Part shown: piece after piece, positions 19,593 through 29,497 of the stretch
How positions within the stretch are numbered: the first letter of the stretch is position 1
How the letters are laid out: every line of letters begins with the position of its first letter
Translations under genes and position numbers: made by a program
Virus record (IMG/VR): IMGVR_UViG_3300032235_000623
Location: 1-64,000 of that record
Origin: a virus
Length of the DNA stretch: 64,000 bases
Reading direction: 5' to 3' (one strand)
The notes under the pieces: generated by a model
Seen by the model: the letters and a program-made list of their open reading frames with translations, nothing else
Database searches by the model: none
Told to the model about the DNA's origin: nothing

Positions 19593-20270
19593 ATGGGTAT
19601 CGTAAAAGGTCTAAAAGATCTAAACAAAGCACTCGATAAGCCGCAGTCTAGCGGTGGCGAAGGTTCAAAGGCACGTTGGCTAAAGTTGGAGGATGGCGAA
19701 AGCATCAAAATTCGTTTTCTTCAGGAGCTCGATCCAGATTCACCAGAGTATAGTGATGCACTAGGTCTAGGTTTTATTGCCGTAGAGCACACAAATCCAA
19801 AGGACTATCGACGCAAAGCATTATGCTCAATGGATGACCAAGGCAAATGCTGGGGATGCGAACAGCATCGCAGGGACTACAAGGCTGGATGGAAGGGTCG
19901 TTCTAGGCTGTATATCAATGTATTAGTTGATGACGGTAAGGAAGATCCATACGTCGCAGTACTATCACAGGGTAGCAGTGGCAAGACAATCACTCCTACA
20001 GTAATTGAGTATGCTGGAGAAATGGGCTCAATTACAAATCTTATGTGGCGCATTAAGCGTTCAGGAACCAAAACAGATACAAGCTATACAATCATCCCTC
20101 TTGCAAAAGATGAAACAAAGTTTGATTATTCTGCACTAGAGCTTTATAAGCTTGAAGAGGTTGCTATTCGTGATTTGCCATATACAGAGCAAGAGGCTTT
20201 CTTTAACGGAGAAGGCGGACAAGACGGAAATGATGAATCAGATTCTACATCTAGTACTGTAGACTGGTAA
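19593..20270 (+). CDS. Single-stranded DNA-binding protein (gp32-like)
   Basis: L.DGES.KIRFL, Zn ligands H...C...CxxC, acidic tail ending in W, position between primase and polymerase. Confidence 0.75.
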   Translation: MGIVKGLKDLNKALDKPQSSGGEGSKARWLKLEDGESIKIRFLQELDPDSPEYSDALGLGFIAVEHTNPKDYRRKALCSMDDQGKCWGCEQHRRDYKAGWKGRSRLYINVLVDDGKEDPYVAVLSQGSSGKTITPTVIEYAGEMGSITNLMWRIKRSGTKTDTSYTIIPLAKDETKFDYSALELYKLEEVAIRDLPYTEQEAFFNGEGGQDGNDESDSTSSTVDW

Positions 20271-20290
20271 TATAAGGGAGGCGGAGAGTT

Positions 20291-23200
20291 ATGTCATTTG
20301 TACACCTGCATGTGCATTCTTATTATTCTTTAATGGATGGGCTTAACTCTCCTGCCGAACTTGCTCAGGCAGCAAAAGATGCAGGACAAAAAGCTTTAGC
20401 TATAACAGATCATGGCACATTATCTTCACACAGAGATTTTCAAAAAGCTTGTGCCGATATTGGAATCAAGCCTATCCTTGGAGTTGAAGCATACATATCA
20501 CCAACAGATAGATTTGACCGCTCTTCTAAAACGGACAAGTCTATTCAGGCTTATAACCACATCATCCTACTGGCTAAGAATCAAGTAGGTTTAAATAATA
20601 TTCATGCATTGCAGGAGATAGCATGGAATGAAGGTTTTTATCACAAGCCACGTATTGATAGAGAGGTGTTGAAAGAATATGCAGAAGGTATTATCGTACT
20701 TAGCGGATGTCTCAATGGGCTTATTAGTAAAGCTATTGAACGCCAGGAGTTCTCGGAAGCAAAACTTATACTCAAAGATTTTAAGCAAACTTTTGGTGAA
20801 GATTTTTACATTGAGGTACAATCCCATAACCCGAAAGAAATAAACTCAAAGCTTTTAGAGTTAGCAGACGAATTAAATATTAAAGCCGTAGCAACTGGAG
20901 ATGCTCACTTTGCTAAGGGTGAGGATAAGGTTATTGAAGAAGCTATGCTAATCTTATCAACAAACCCTAAGATGGATAAAGATGCTACATTCGAGATGTC
21001 AAAGCAAATGAATGATATCTTAGATAGATTTAATTATATGTACCCAGATAGAAGAATCTCTTTTCAAGACTACAATTTGTTTATTCAAACAAGAGAAGAG
21101 ATAGAAAATGATTTTAATTTAAACTCAGTATCTAGAACTGATATCTATGATAATACCCTAGAGATTGCAGATAAGGTTGGCGAATATGAGTTCTATCAAA
21201 ACCTAGACTTGCTTCCTGTACCAAAAACTAATGCAGACAAAAAGCTACAAGAAATGGCAGAGTCTGGACTATCTAAGCTTGGTTTGTCTGGTATGCAAGA
21301 GTATGATGATAGACTAAAAGAAGAGCTGTCTATTATTAAAGATAAAAAGTTTGCTTCTTATTTTCTTGTAGTTGCCGATATGATTAACTGGGCTAAGTCA
21401 GAAAAAATACTTGTTGGACCAGGACGTGGTTCTGCAGCAGGCTCGCTAGTCTGTTATGCATTAGGAATAACAGACGTAGATCCAATTAAGTATGGACTGC
21501 TATTTTTTAGATTTATTAATCCAGAACGTAACGATTTCCCAGATATTGATACAGATTTTGAAGATAGACGTAGAAAAGAAGTTAAGGATTATTTAAAGAA
21601 AAAGTTTAAGCACGTAGCCTCGATTTCTACATTTACATATTTTAAAGATAAAGGTGTAGTTCGTGATGCTGCACGAGTTTTCATGGTACCTCTGGGCGAT
21701 GTAAATAAAGCTTTAAAGTCAGTAGATACTTTTGAAGACTATTTGGATTCTCCAAATACAAAAGAATTCAGATCTAAGTACCCAGAGGTAACTTGGCTTG
21801 CAGAAAGACTTCGTGGAAAGATTAGATCTGTAGGTGTGCATGCTGCAGGAGTTGTTGTTGCTAAGGACGATATCAGAAAGTATGCTCCAATAGAGTCTCG
21901 TGAAGACTCACAGGATAAGGTGTCAGGAAGAATACCAGTTGTAGCGTATGATATGGACACAGTTGCTGATATTGGTCTTATTAAGCTAGATGCATTAGGA
22001 CTTAAAACATTATCAGTTATTTCTGATACATTAAAGTCAATTAAAGAAAGAGCGAATAAAGATATTGTTTTGTCTTCTATTCCATTAAATGATGAAACAG
22101 TTTATAAGACTTTAAATGAAGGGTATACGAAGGGTGTATTTCAGGCAGAAGCAACTCCATATACAAACCTATTAATAAAGATGGGAGTTAGTTCATTTGA
22201 AGATTTAGCTGCATCAAATGCATTGGTAAGGCCAGGAGCCATGAACACTGTAGGTGCTTCATATATTGCAAGAAAAAATGGCCAAGAAGCTGTTTCGTAT
22301 GTACATCCCATCATGAAGCCTTTTACAGAAAATACATATGGTGTTATTATATATCAAGAGCAGGTTATGCAGGCTTGTGTACACCTAGGAGGGATGAGTT
22401 GGTCTGAAGCTGATAAGGTTCGTAAGATCATCGGTAAGAAAAAAGATGCAAGAGAGTTCGACCAATTCAAAGATAAATTTATTGATGGCGCTTCAAAGCA
22501 CATTTCTAAGAAGGAGGCGGAGTCGCTTTGGCATACATTTGAGGCTCATGCTGGCTATTCCTTTAACCGTTCTCATGCTGTTGCTTATTCTATGCTCAGC
22601 TATTATACTGCTTGGCTTAAGTCCTATTATCCTCTTGAGTTCATGTTTTCAGTACTTAAAAATGAAAACGATAAGAATGCAAAAACAGAATATCTGATTG
22701 AAGCAAAAAGATTAGGCATCAAGGTAATGCTTCCTCATATCAATGAGTCTGATATTTATTTTTCATTAAAGAAAGATGGAATTATATTTGGACTTGCAGA
22801 AGTAAAATTTATTTCAGATAATATTGCTAACAAAATTATTGAAAAAAGACCTTTTGCTAACTATAATGATTTTATATCGCAAGCTTCTAAAAAGGGTAGC
22901 GGTATTAATTCAAGAGCTGTCTCTGCATTAAATTCAATTGGCGGTGCTGCATTCGAGGACAACCCTAGAAGTGGCAAAGAGTCTGATAATTATTATGAGT
23001 ATCTAGGCATACCATCATTCAACCTAGACTCCATACCACCTAGAATTAAAGCACAGGCTAGACCTATTGAAGAATTTGATGAGCTAGGATCTTTTGTAAT
23101 GTTTGGTATGGTTAAAAATATTAAAAGAGGAAATGGCTGGGCTAGAGTTGAGCTAGTAGATGAGAGCGGATCCATAGGACTATTCCATCATGAGCAAACA

Positions 23201-23560
23201 CAGATAGAAACTAATCAGATGTACTTCATCCTTGTCGGTGATAATAGAATATCTAGATACGTAAAGGTTTCAGATATTAAGCCAGATTCAGAAGATCTTT
23301 TTGTGCAGTACCTATACAGAAAGCAGTACGATTTAGAGGAAGACCAGATGTACGTGGTTAACTTTAATCCATATAAAACTAAACAAGGAAAAACTATGTC
23401 ACACATTGTTATGTGTGATAAAAATAAAAAATTGACCAGAGCTATTGCATTTCCATCAATGTATAAAACAACTTTGGCAAAGATGAGAGAAGGAATGACT
23501 TGTACACCAGTACTGTCAAAATTAGATGATGGAACACTTATGATAAAGGAGATAAAATGA
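20291..23560 (+). CDS. dnaE: DNA polymerase III alpha subunit
   Basis: PHP HLHVHSYYSLMDG, TDHG; GRGSAAGSLV; PDIDTDF; YSFNRSHAVAY; no intein seen. Confidence 0.95.
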   Translation: MSFVHLHVHSYYSLMDGLNSPAELAQAAKDAGQKALAITDHGTLSSHRDFQKACADIGIKPILGVEAYISPTDRFDRSSKTDKSIQAYNHIILLAKNQVGLNNIHALQEIAWNEGFYHKPRIDREVLKEYAEGIIVLSGCLNGLISKAIERQEFSEAKLILKDFKQTFGEDFYIEVQSHNPKEINSKLLELADELNIKAVATGDAHFAKGEDKVIEEAMLILSTNPKMDKDATFEMSKQMNDILDRFNYMYPDRRISFQDYNLFIQTREEIENDFNLNSVSRTDIYDNTLEIADKVGEYEFYQNLDLLPVPKTNADKKLQEMAESGLSKLGLSGMQEYDDRLKEELSIIKDKKFASYFLVVADMINWAKSEKILVGPGRGSAAGSLVCYALGITDVDPIKYGLLFFRFINPERNDFPDIDTDFEDRRRKEVKDYLKKKFKHVASISTFTYFKDKGVVRDAARVFMVPLGDVNKALKSVDTFEDYLDSPNTKEFRSKYPEVTWLAERLRGKIRSVGVHAAGVVVAKDDIRKYAPIESREDSQDKVSGRIPVVAYDMDTVADIGLIKLDALGLKTLSVISDTLKSIKERANKDIVLSSIPLNDETVYKTLNEGYTKGVFQAEATPYTNLLIKMGVSSFEDLAASNALVRPGAMNTVGASYIARKNGQEAVSYVHPIMKPFTENTYGVIIYQEQVMQACVHLGGMSWSEADKVRKIIGKKKDAREFDQFKDKFIDGASKHISKKEAESLWHTFEAHAGYSFNRSHAVAYSMLSYYTAWLKSYYPLEFMFSVLKNENDKNAKTEYLIEAKRLGIKVMLPHINESDIYFSLKKDGIIFGLAEVKFISDNIANKIIEKRPFANYNDFISQASKKGSGINSRAVSALNSIGGAAFEDNPRSGKESDNYYEYLGIPSFNLDSIPPRIKAQARPIEEFDELGSFVMFGMVKNIKRGNGWARVELVDESGSIGLFHHEQTQIETNQMYFILVGDNRISRYVKVSDIKPDSEDLFVQYLYRKQYDLEEDQMYVVNFNPYKTKQGKTMSHIVMCDKNKKLTRAIAFPSMYKTTLAKMREGMTCTPVLSKLDDGTLMIKEIK

Positions 23561-23760
23561 GTGAGGATAAGTTAAACGAAGTTATGCAATTGATGAGCGC
23601 ATCACGTATCTTGGTTTCTATTTTAGAACAGATTGGACCTATATCTGTTCCGACAGAAAAGTTTATGTCTGCAAATAAAAATGACAGAGACCTAGCTGTT
23701 AATTATAATGAAGAAACTTTGTCTTTTGAATTTAGCTTAACGGAGAAGACAGATGGATAA
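23557..23760 (+). CDS. Hypothetical protein
   Basis: ORF track, GGAG RBS. Confidence 0.6.
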   Translation: MSEDKLNEVMQLMSASRILVSILEQIGPISVPTEKFMSANKNDRDLAVNYNEETLSFEFSLTEKTDG

Positions 23761-24094
23761 TGTTTTAAATGAATACGGACTAGACGCATTAGCTGCAGTG
23801 CTTCATGAAATTGCAAAAGAAAAAGGATTTTGGGATGGTGAGGTAACTCATGATAAGGTCGGGAATAAGCTTGCTCTAGTGCATTCAGAAGTTACTGAGG
23901 TTTTAGAGGCTATTCGTAAAAATAAAGGCTCTCAGGAAATTGTAGAAGAGATGGCAGATATTATTATTAGATTACTTGATCTTTATGCTGCGATGAGAAA
24001 TGAAGATATGATCTTGCATAGCTTAGAAGAAATGCTAGAAAAGAAAATTGAAAAAAATAAAGAGAGGCCAAAGCTTCACGGCAATTTGTTTTAA
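23753..24094 (+). CDS. MazG-like NTP pyrophosphohydrolase
   Basis: LALVHSEVTEVLEA...EEMADIIIRLLD...KN..RP..HG. Confidence 0.8.
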   Translation: MDNVLNEYGLDALAAVLHEIAKEKGFWDGEVTHDKVGNKLALVHSEVTEVLEAIRKNKGSQEIVEEMADIIIRLLDLYAAMRNEDMILHSLEEMLEKKIEKNKERPKLHGNLF

Positions 24095-24123
24095 TGGTAT
24101 ACTTTAGGTAAAGAGAGAAGAAT

Positions 24124-25128
24124 ATGACAATTGTATTAGATGAAATTCTAGCTAAGCTAGATCCAAAAACAAGAAATAGAGTGCAATCTGCACAAAGCGT
24201 AAAGGTTGAAAAACAAGTTACACCCAGCATCGGATTAAACATGGCCTTAAAGGGTGGGCTTGGTTATGGCAGGCAGGTACTAGTTTGGGGAAACAAGTCT
24301 GCAGGAAAGTCTTCGTTTTGTTTGCAGATGATAGCTATTGCACAAAAAGAAGGAAAGACATGTGCATGGATTGATGCTGAGGCTTCTTATGACCAAGCAT
24401 GGGCAGAGGCTTTGGGAGTAGATTCTTCTGCTCTAATATATTCACCAGCAAAAACAGTAAATGACATGGTAGATGTTGCAACCAAGTTAATGGATGCTGG
24501 TGTTGATATGATAGTAGTAGATTCAATATCTGCACTACTGCCAGCAATTTATTTTGAAAAAGATGGAAATGAAATGAAGGATTTGCAAGATACAAAGCAA
24601 ATCGGCGCTGAAGCAAAGGATATGACCCACGCAGTCAAAATGTTAAATTATGCAAACAAAAACACATTACTTGTTCTCATCTCTCAACAACGAAATCAAT
24701 TTGGATCTATGCATGCTAGTCACATCCCAACAGGTGGCATGGCAGTCAAGTTCTTTTCTTCAACCGTCATTAAGCTCTGGTCTTCTGAGGCTGAGGCTAA
24801 TGCTATTAAGGCTGGCGTTAAAGTTGGCGACAAAATTATCGAACAAAGAGTTGGACGGCCAGTTAACTGGATTATTGATTACAACAAACTCGGCCCCCCA
24901 AATTTATCAGGACAGTATGACTTTTACTACCAAGGGGAAACTCTTGGTGTAGATAGAGTTGGAGAAACTCTTGATGTCGCAGAGATGTGTGGAATTGTAG
25001 AAAAGGGTGGAGCATGGTATACAGTCAATGGAGAACGTTTTCAAGGACGTGCAAAGGCTGTCGCATATTTAAGAGAAAATCCAGATGTTGTAGACAGCTT
25101 AATTGGAGAGATAAATGCCAAATCTTAA
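24124..25128 (+). CDS. recA: RecA/UvsX recombinase
   Basis: GNKSAGKS, WIDAE, VVDSI, ISQQR, TGGMA.KF, GAWY. Confidence 0.92.
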   Translation: MTIVLDEILAKLDPKTRNRVQSAQSVKVEKQVTPSIGLNMALKGGLGYGRQVLVWGNKSAGKSSFCLQMIAIAQKEGKTCAWIDAEASYDQAWAEALGVDSSALIYSPAKTVNDMVDVATKLMDAGVDMIVVDSISALLPAIYFEKDGNEMKDLQDTKQIGAEAKDMTHAVKMLNYANKNTLLVLISQQRNQFGSMHASHIPTGGMAVKFFSSTVIKLWSSEAEANAIKAGVKVGDKIIEQRVGRPVNWIIDYNKLGPPNLSGQYDFYYQGETLGVDRVGETLDVAEMCGIVEKGGAWYTVNGERFQGRAKAVAYLRENPDVVDSLIGEINAKS

Positions 25129-25303
25129 TGAATTTTTTCATAAGCCAGAAATTCTTCATAAAGAAAATTTGGAAAAGATAACTGGAATTAAGCCGTGTGG
25201 CAAGTGTAAGCTTGATGCCGAAGAAGCTTTCTGGGATCCAGCTACGCTAACTATGACCTGGAAGTGTCCAGAGGGTCATGATAATCAATACAAGGTCAGT
25301 TAA
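25115..25303 (+). CDS. Small Zn-binding protein
   Basis: CGKC...CPEGH. Confidence 0.55.
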   Translation: MPNLNEFFHKPEILHKENLEKITGIKPCGKCKLDAEEAFWDPATLTMTWKCPEGHDNQYKVS

Positions 25304-25608
25304 TGTCAGAAAGATCTGAAGTTAAACGTGATGGAGCTAAGGCTCAAAAAAATAGTGGACGAGGTGATTATCAAAAAGGCGATGCAAAATGGAAAAGTTT
25401 TGTAGTTGATTATAAAGAGGCTTCTAAGTCATTTACATTAAACAAACCAGTATGGTCAAAGATATGCACAGACACATTTAAGGTCAGTAGAGACATGCAC
25501 CCAGCATTAAAAATTATTATAGGAGAAGATTCCAAGGTTAGACTTGGAATTATTGAGTGGAGTGTATTAGAAGAGCTAATGCAATTTTGGGAGGATAACC
25601 ATGATTAA
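25303..25608 (+). CDS. PD-(D/E)xK nuclease / Holliday-junction-resolvase-like
   Basis: NSGRG...KGD...VDYK. Confidence 0.6.
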   Translation: MSERSEVKRDGAKAQKNSGRGDYQKGDAKWKSFVVDYKEASKSFTLNKPVWSKICTDTFKVSRDMHPALKIIIGEDSKVRLGIIEWSVLEELMQFWEDNHD

Positions 25609-25759
25609 AGAGATTTTATTAACAACATTAACTGGAGCAGGAGTTGGAGCAGTGTTTGCTTTATTTAAGTTACCAGTACCAGCTCCACCAGTATTTGCTG
25701 GCGTCATGGGTATTGTAGGCTTGTGGCTTGGGTATGGATTAATTGCGAGATCATTGTAA
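25601..25759 (+). CDS. XapX/DUF1427-like small membrane protein (52 aa)
   Basis: G..VG.VF...KLPVPAPPVFAGVMGIVG...GY; GGAGG RBS. Confidence 0.75.
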   Translation: MIKEILLTTLTGAGVGAVFALFKLPVPAPPVFAGVMGIVGLWLGYGLIARSL

Positions 25760-25863
25760 TGACTACTTTTTTATTAGGATTAATGATTGGATTTATAATT
25801 GGATATCCAATTGGATTGTTTATAGATAAGTTAGACAAGAGGATTAAAAATGGCAGAAGATAA
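25759..25863 (+). CDS. Single-TM micro-protein
   Basis: MTTFLLGLMIGFIIGYPIGLFIDK...; coupled start. Confidence 0.45.
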   Translation: MTTFLLGLMIGFIIGYPIGLFIDKLDKRIKNGRR

Positions 25864-26188
25864 AAATACTTTAGAGCTAATTAGCACAATTACTGAATTC
25901 AATGATCTACATGACTTTATGAAAGACGAGCACCTGGATAAAGCCATGGCTATAGTTGTTAAGCTACTTATGAACCCAGATGTTCCATCTGCAAAGGCAC
26001 CACATCTTATTATGGAATTGCAGGCAATGTCAACTAAGTTTGCTGTTCTTGCCTCAGTATATTCAACTATCGCAAAAGACAAAGCTGGTACAGAAAACAA
26101 TAATAAAAAGAACATTTATTATTCAGTAAAGGAGTCTATAGACAAACTTGTAGATGCACTTAAGTATGTCGTTAGGTATAATTCATGA
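25850..26188 (+). CDS. Hypothetical helical protein
   Basis: ORF track, GAGG RBS. Confidence 0.65.
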   Translation: MAEDKNTLELISTITEFNDLHDFMKDEHLDKAMAIVVKLLMNPDVPSAKAPHLIMELQAMSTKFAVLASVYSTIAKDKAGTENNNKKNIYYSVKESIDKLVDALKYVVRYNS

Positions 26189-26262
26189 ATTGGATACAGG
26201 CAGCAATTATATTTGGTCCCATTATTGTTTTATTGGTGGCTTTTTGGGAGGACATTAAATAA
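26185..26262 (+). CDS. Single-TM micro-protein (25 aa)
   Basis: MNWIQAAIIFGPIIVLLVAFWEDIK; overlaps both neighbours. Confidence 0.4.
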   Translation: MNWIQAAIIFGPIIVLLVAFWEDIK

Positions 26263-27029
26263 TGGGTAGAGATATAGTAAATAATTTAAAGTTTAAAAAG
26301 ATAAGCGGAAACTTTGATACATCATTATTTTCTAAAATGTTAGATGATGCGTATAGATCTACAAAAAAAATAGATGAGGTTAGAACAAAAAATAGTTTTA
26401 GTCCAAGTAGTTTTGGTTATGGTTACGGAAATTGTCCTAGGTATTGGTACTTAGCATTCTCTGGCGCAATGTTTATAGATAATAATGACGCAATAGCAAT
26501 TGCAAATATGTCTCAAGGTACGCAAGCACACGAAAGACTTCAGTCTATAATTGAAAAAACTGGAACTTTAAAGTATGAAGAATTAGAAATTAAAAATGAA
26601 TACCCGCCAATTAGAGGATTTATTGATCTAATCCTAGACTGGAATGGGGAAGAGGTTGTCGGAGAAATTAAAACTGCAAAACAAGAAGTTTGGGATACTA
26701 AGCAGGCTGAGATGGAGCCATCTGCAAACCATTTACTTCAGCTATTGACTTATATGAAGCTTAGGAATGCCAAAGAAGGCTTTTTGATGTATGAAAATAA
26801 AAATACACAAGAACTTCTTCTTATTCCAGTTCATATGAATGAGAAAAATATTGCTAAGATTGATGGTTTATTTATTTGGCTGCAAGAAGTTTATGATAAC
26901 TTTAAGGATGGCGGTCTCCCAATGAGACCATTTAAGAAGACTTCTTCTGCATGTAAGTATTGTCCTATAAGGAAGCATTGCTGGGATTCTGAAGTTGGAG
27001 AGGTTCAGATAGAGCCTTATGAGGTATAA
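26262..27029 (+). CDS. Cas4-like (RecB-family) exonuclease
   Basis: CPR.WY, GT..HE, G.ID, EIKT, Q...Y, C.YCP....C Fe-S Cys. Confidence 0.85.
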   Translation: MGRDIVNNLKFKKISGNFDTSLFSKMLDDAYRSTKKIDEVRTKNSFSPSSFGYGYGNCPRYWYLAFSGAMFIDNNDAIAIANMSQGTQAHERLQSIIEKTGTLKYEELEIKNEYPPIRGFIDLILDWNGEEVVGEIKTAKQEVWDTKQAEMEPSANHLLQLLTYMKLRNAKEGFLMYENKNTQELLLIPVHMNEKNIAKIDGLFIWLQEVYDNFKDGGLPMRPFKKTSSACKYCPIRKHCWDSEVGEVQIEPYEV

Positions 27030-27031
27030 AA

Positions 27032-27316
27032 TTGATATGCTCTAATAAGGAATGCTCAAAAGATTTTGATGCTAAGACCCATAATCAAAAATATTGTTCC
27101 GATGACTGTTGCAGGGTTGCAACAAATAAAAAGATTATGGAAAAATATTATGAAAAAAAAGCAATACGGAATGGTGCAAAAAGATTATGTCGTTCGTGTA
27201 AAGCAAGCCTAAGCAGATATAATTCAGAAAATATATGCTCTCTGTGCCTTAAATCAATAAAATCAAAACATAATAACAATATATTGGAGGCATTAAATGA
27301 GTCTGGCATCTCTTAA
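27032..27316 (+). CDS. Cys-rich Zn-binding protein
   Basis: CSNKEC...QKYCSDDC...CRSC...CSLC. Confidence 0.6.
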   Translation: MICSNKECSKDFDAKTHNQKYCSDDCCRVATNKKIMEKYYEKKAIRNGAKRLCRSCKASLSRYNSENICSLCLKSIKSKHNNNILEALNESGIS

Positions 27317-27863
27317 AAAAGTTAACGCTTCAAGAGTTTTGGGTATAGACGCATCCACAAATTCTTTTGGGTTTTCTTTAATTGAAAATAATATTCCAGT
27401 CAAATGGGGTAAGGTGGAGTTTACTGGGGCAGATATATATGAAAAAATATATGATGCCAAAATTAAAACAAGAGCCATGCTTAAAGAATTAGAGTGTGAT
27501 TATATTGCAATGGAAGGTGCCGTACTTGTCAGATCTCCAGATGCTGTGATAAAATTGTCATATGTCTACGGTGTTGTTATCGCTGAACTTATGTCTACTG
27601 GCGCTTCCGTTATTACTATATCCCCTAGTGCTTGGCAGGCACATATCGGTAATAAAAACCCAACAAAAGCAGAAAAGGAAGCTATCCGTTTAAAGAGTCC
27701 AGGGTATGCCGATTCCTGGTATAAGAATCAGATAAGAAATATGAGAAAGCAAAGAACTGCAGATTATTTTAACAAAAAATATGGACTTAGCATAACAGAC
27801 TTTGATGTTGCAGATTCTATGGGAATTGCTTACTATGCAAATGAGGTTTTGACTAAAAGATGA
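27297..27863 (+). CDS. ruvC: RuvC-like Holliday junction resolvase
   Basis: VLGIDAS...G; IAME; D.AD..GIA. Confidence 0.8.
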   Translation: MSLASLKKVNASRVLGIDASTNSFGFSLIENNIPVKWGKVEFTGADIYEKIYDAKIKTRAMLKELECDYIAMEGAVLVRSPDAVIKLSYVYGVVIAELMSTGASVITISPSAWQAHIGNKNPTKAEKEAIRLKSPGYADSWYKNQIRNMRKQRTADYFNKKYGLSITDFDVADSMGIAYYANEVLTKR

Positions 27864-28003
27864 AACTGTATCAAAGTAAAGATTGGCTACGCAGAAGATA
27901 TACATTACAGCGAAAAACTGTTACAGAAATAGCAGCAGAGTGTGGGGTTTCTGCAATGACAATACAAAGATATTTAGAAAAATTTGGATTAATTAGAAAA
28001 TGA
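27860..28003 (+). CDS. Small HTH protein (47 aa)
   Basis: MKLYQSKDWL.RRY....KTVTEIAAECGVSAMTIQRYLEKFGL; ATGA overlaps at both ends. Confidence 0.65.
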   Translation: MKLYQSKDWLRRRYTLQRKTVTEIAAECGVSAMTIQRYLEKFGLIRK

Positions 28004-28602
28004 TAAAAAATATTTTTATTATTGGTGAATCGCAGATAGCATATATGTCTGGAGGCCCCATACACTCTGGACCACCAAAGGCACTTGAGTTTGGATCTTA
28101 TGTTAGAGAAAAAAATGGATACAGGCTTATTTTCTTGTGGCAACACAGTAGGACTGCATTTAAAGTAGATTTTAATTACTTAGAAACTCTATTTAAAGAT
28201 TATTTAGATGAATTAAATAGTGAATCTATAATAGTTTCTGAGTTTGGCGGTATGGATGCAGCACTTGGGCAATACCAGAAGCATAATAATATGTCTCAGA
28301 TAATGACAAAGTATACAAATGAGTGTATCAGTTTTGCTAATAAATATAAAACTAATTTAGTTTTTATGGCACCGTGGTGGCAGGTAGATGATGATAATGT
28401 ATATCAGCTATGGCATGAAATAACAGATTTATTAAAAGATATATCAACAAAAAATAACTTGCCAAGCCCAATAGAAATAATGTATACTGTTGTAGGAAGA
28501 CAATACCCAGTCTTAGACGAATGGAAACACCATACTCCAGAAGATTCTGAGAGGATAGTAGAATATACTATATCACAAATAGAAAAGATGAATAATGCTT
28601 GA
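28000..28602 (+). CDS. SGNH/GDSL-fold-like protein
   Basis: IIGESQ block I-like, FGGMD block III-like, DEWKH block V-like. Confidence 0.45.
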   Translation: MIKNIFIIGESQIAYMSGGPIHSGPPKALEFGSYVREKNGYRLIFLWQHSRTAFKVDFNYLETLFKDYLDELNSESIIVSEFGGMDAALGQYQKHNNMSQIMTKYTNECISFANKYKTNLVFMAPWWQVDDDNVYQLWHEITDLLKDISTKNNLPSPIEIMYTVVGRQYPVLDEWKHHTPEDSERIVEYTISQIEKMNNA

Positions 28603-28924
28603 GCCAGTATTTGATGATTCAAAAGATTTTAAATGCCAAGATTTAACTCTACTTACAGTTGGTACAGCAGCGGGTAAAGAGATATTGGATACATGTCATG
28701 AAATTGCTCATATGCTTGTAAAAAAGAATATCGCATATGGCAACTCCGCCCTAGATCCAATTCGTATATTTTCAAAGGCGGGCTCAAGAGAGCAGCTACA
28801 CGTTAGAATTGACGATAAATTAAATAGACTTATGAAGGGTACTGATTATCCAGGGGATAACGATATTGATGATTTAATTGGATATTTAGTGCTTTTAAAA
28901 ATAGCCAAGTCTAAATCTATTTGA
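28595..28924 (+). CDS. Nucleotide-modification-associated domain protein (DUF1599-like)
   Basis: L.KKN.AYG.S...RIDDKL.RL...DL.GY. Confidence 0.7.
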   Translation: MLEPVFDDSKDFKCQDLTLLTVGTAAGKEILDTCHEIAHMLVKKNIAYGNSALDPIRIFSKAGSREQLHVRIDDKLNRLMKGTDYPGDNDIDDLIGYLVLLKIAKSKSI

Positions 28925-28957
28925 TTTTTTAGTCAACTAGGAATATACTATAACTAT

Positions 28958-29497
28958 ATGGAAATTGAATTAGCTGATCATTATGATCGTATGAATAGGG
29001 TTGTTGGTGAACTGCTCAAGGGCAACACACCAACCCAGATTGCCTCTATAACAGGTTTTAAGAGGGCAGAGGTTGTCGGATATATAGACGAGTGGAAAGA
29101 AGTCGTTAGAAGCGATTCTGGGACTCGTGAGAGGGCAAAAGAAGCCGTATCTGGAGCAGACCAACATTACGCTATGCTCATTAAAGAGGCTTGGAAGACT
29201 GTAGAAGATGCTGATACGCAAGGGCAGTTAAATGTAAAAGCTACGGCATTAAAATTAATTGCAGATATTGAAGGCAAAAGAATAGGGATGCTTCAGGAGG
29301 TTGGTCTCCTTGATAACGCAGAGCTTGCAACACAAATTGCTGAAACAGAGCATAAGCAGGATATCCTTGTTAAAATATTAAAAGAGGTTACAGCAACCTG
29401 TCCTAAGTGTAAGCTAGAGGTAGCAAAAAGGCTTTCACAGATTACTGGAGTGGTTGAGCCAGTCGTACTAGAATCAGAGCAGATTAGTGGATCTTGA
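28958..29497 (+). CDS. Putative terminase small subunit
   Basis: N-terminal HTH, helical body, directly upstream of TerL. Confidence 0.55.
   Translation: MEIELADHYDRMNRVVGELLKGNTPTQIASITGFKRAEVVGYIDEWKEVVRSDSGTRERAKEAVSGADQHYAMLIKEAWKTVEDADTQGQLNVKATALKLIADIEGKRIGMLQEVGLLDNAELATQIAETEHKQDILVKILKEVTATCPKCKLEVAKRLSQITGVVEPVVLESEQISGS

Noticed and set aside
26262-27029. Cas4 as sign of CRISPR-Cas
   Set aside because: Solo Cas4-like nuclease in a recombination module; no repeat-spacer array or other cas genes seen. The 11-bp repeats at 60910-60983 are too short and too close for CRISPR.
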